A DNA stretch of 64,000 nucleotides from positions 25,091,752 through 25,155,751 of the forward strand of contig NC_068990.1 of the NCBI RefSeq assembly GCF_001194135.2. Reading direction: 5' to 3'. Source of the DNA: Octopus bimaculoides (Eukaryota). Position 1 is the stretch's first letter. The number at the start of each line of letters is the position of its first letter. Made by a program: the position numbers and the translations under genes. Below the pieces are notes generated by a model, which saw nothing but the letters and a program-made list of their open reading frames with translations, did not search any database and was not told the origin of the DNA. This document shows, piece after piece, positions 63,903 to 64,000 of the stretch.

Positions 63903-64000
<98 letters not shown>
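63900..64000. repeat. (TG)n(GA)n microsatellite running off the window
   Basis: Direct reading. Confidence 0.95.

Overview
AT-rich, intron-rich animal genomic DNA. The SINE/MITE families and microsatellite style suggest an octopus-like cephalopod, which is an inference from recalled repeat families. The whole window lies inside one very large minus-strand gene, the spectraplakin (MACF1/dystonin/Drosophila shot family). I traced 25 GT-AG exons with consistent phases. Two exons at 60052-55426 encode the end of the plakin domain. Two giant phase-0 exons follow (54095-41956, ~12.1 kb; 37745-30243, 7.5 kb), encoding roughly 140 plectin-type repeats by manual count. Twenty-one exons (25524-1, 1586 aa) encode the spectrin-repeat rod, which runs off the window. 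The most notable features are the two independently skippable giant plectin-repeat exons. Each is split by its own tandem-repeat linker: a young 36-nt/12-aa array with a 108-nt higher-order unit in exon A, and an old 87-nt/29-aa array in exon B. Exon A also carries a twice-used proline-containing hydrophobic motif. The introns hold SINEs, piggyBac-like and hAT-like MITEs, RTE and CR1/L2 LINE fragments, a perfect 58-bp hairpin, a CpG-decayed minimal hammerhead-like motif and several unproven micro-exon or first-exon candidates. There are five N-gaps; two of them are artefactual contig overlaps.
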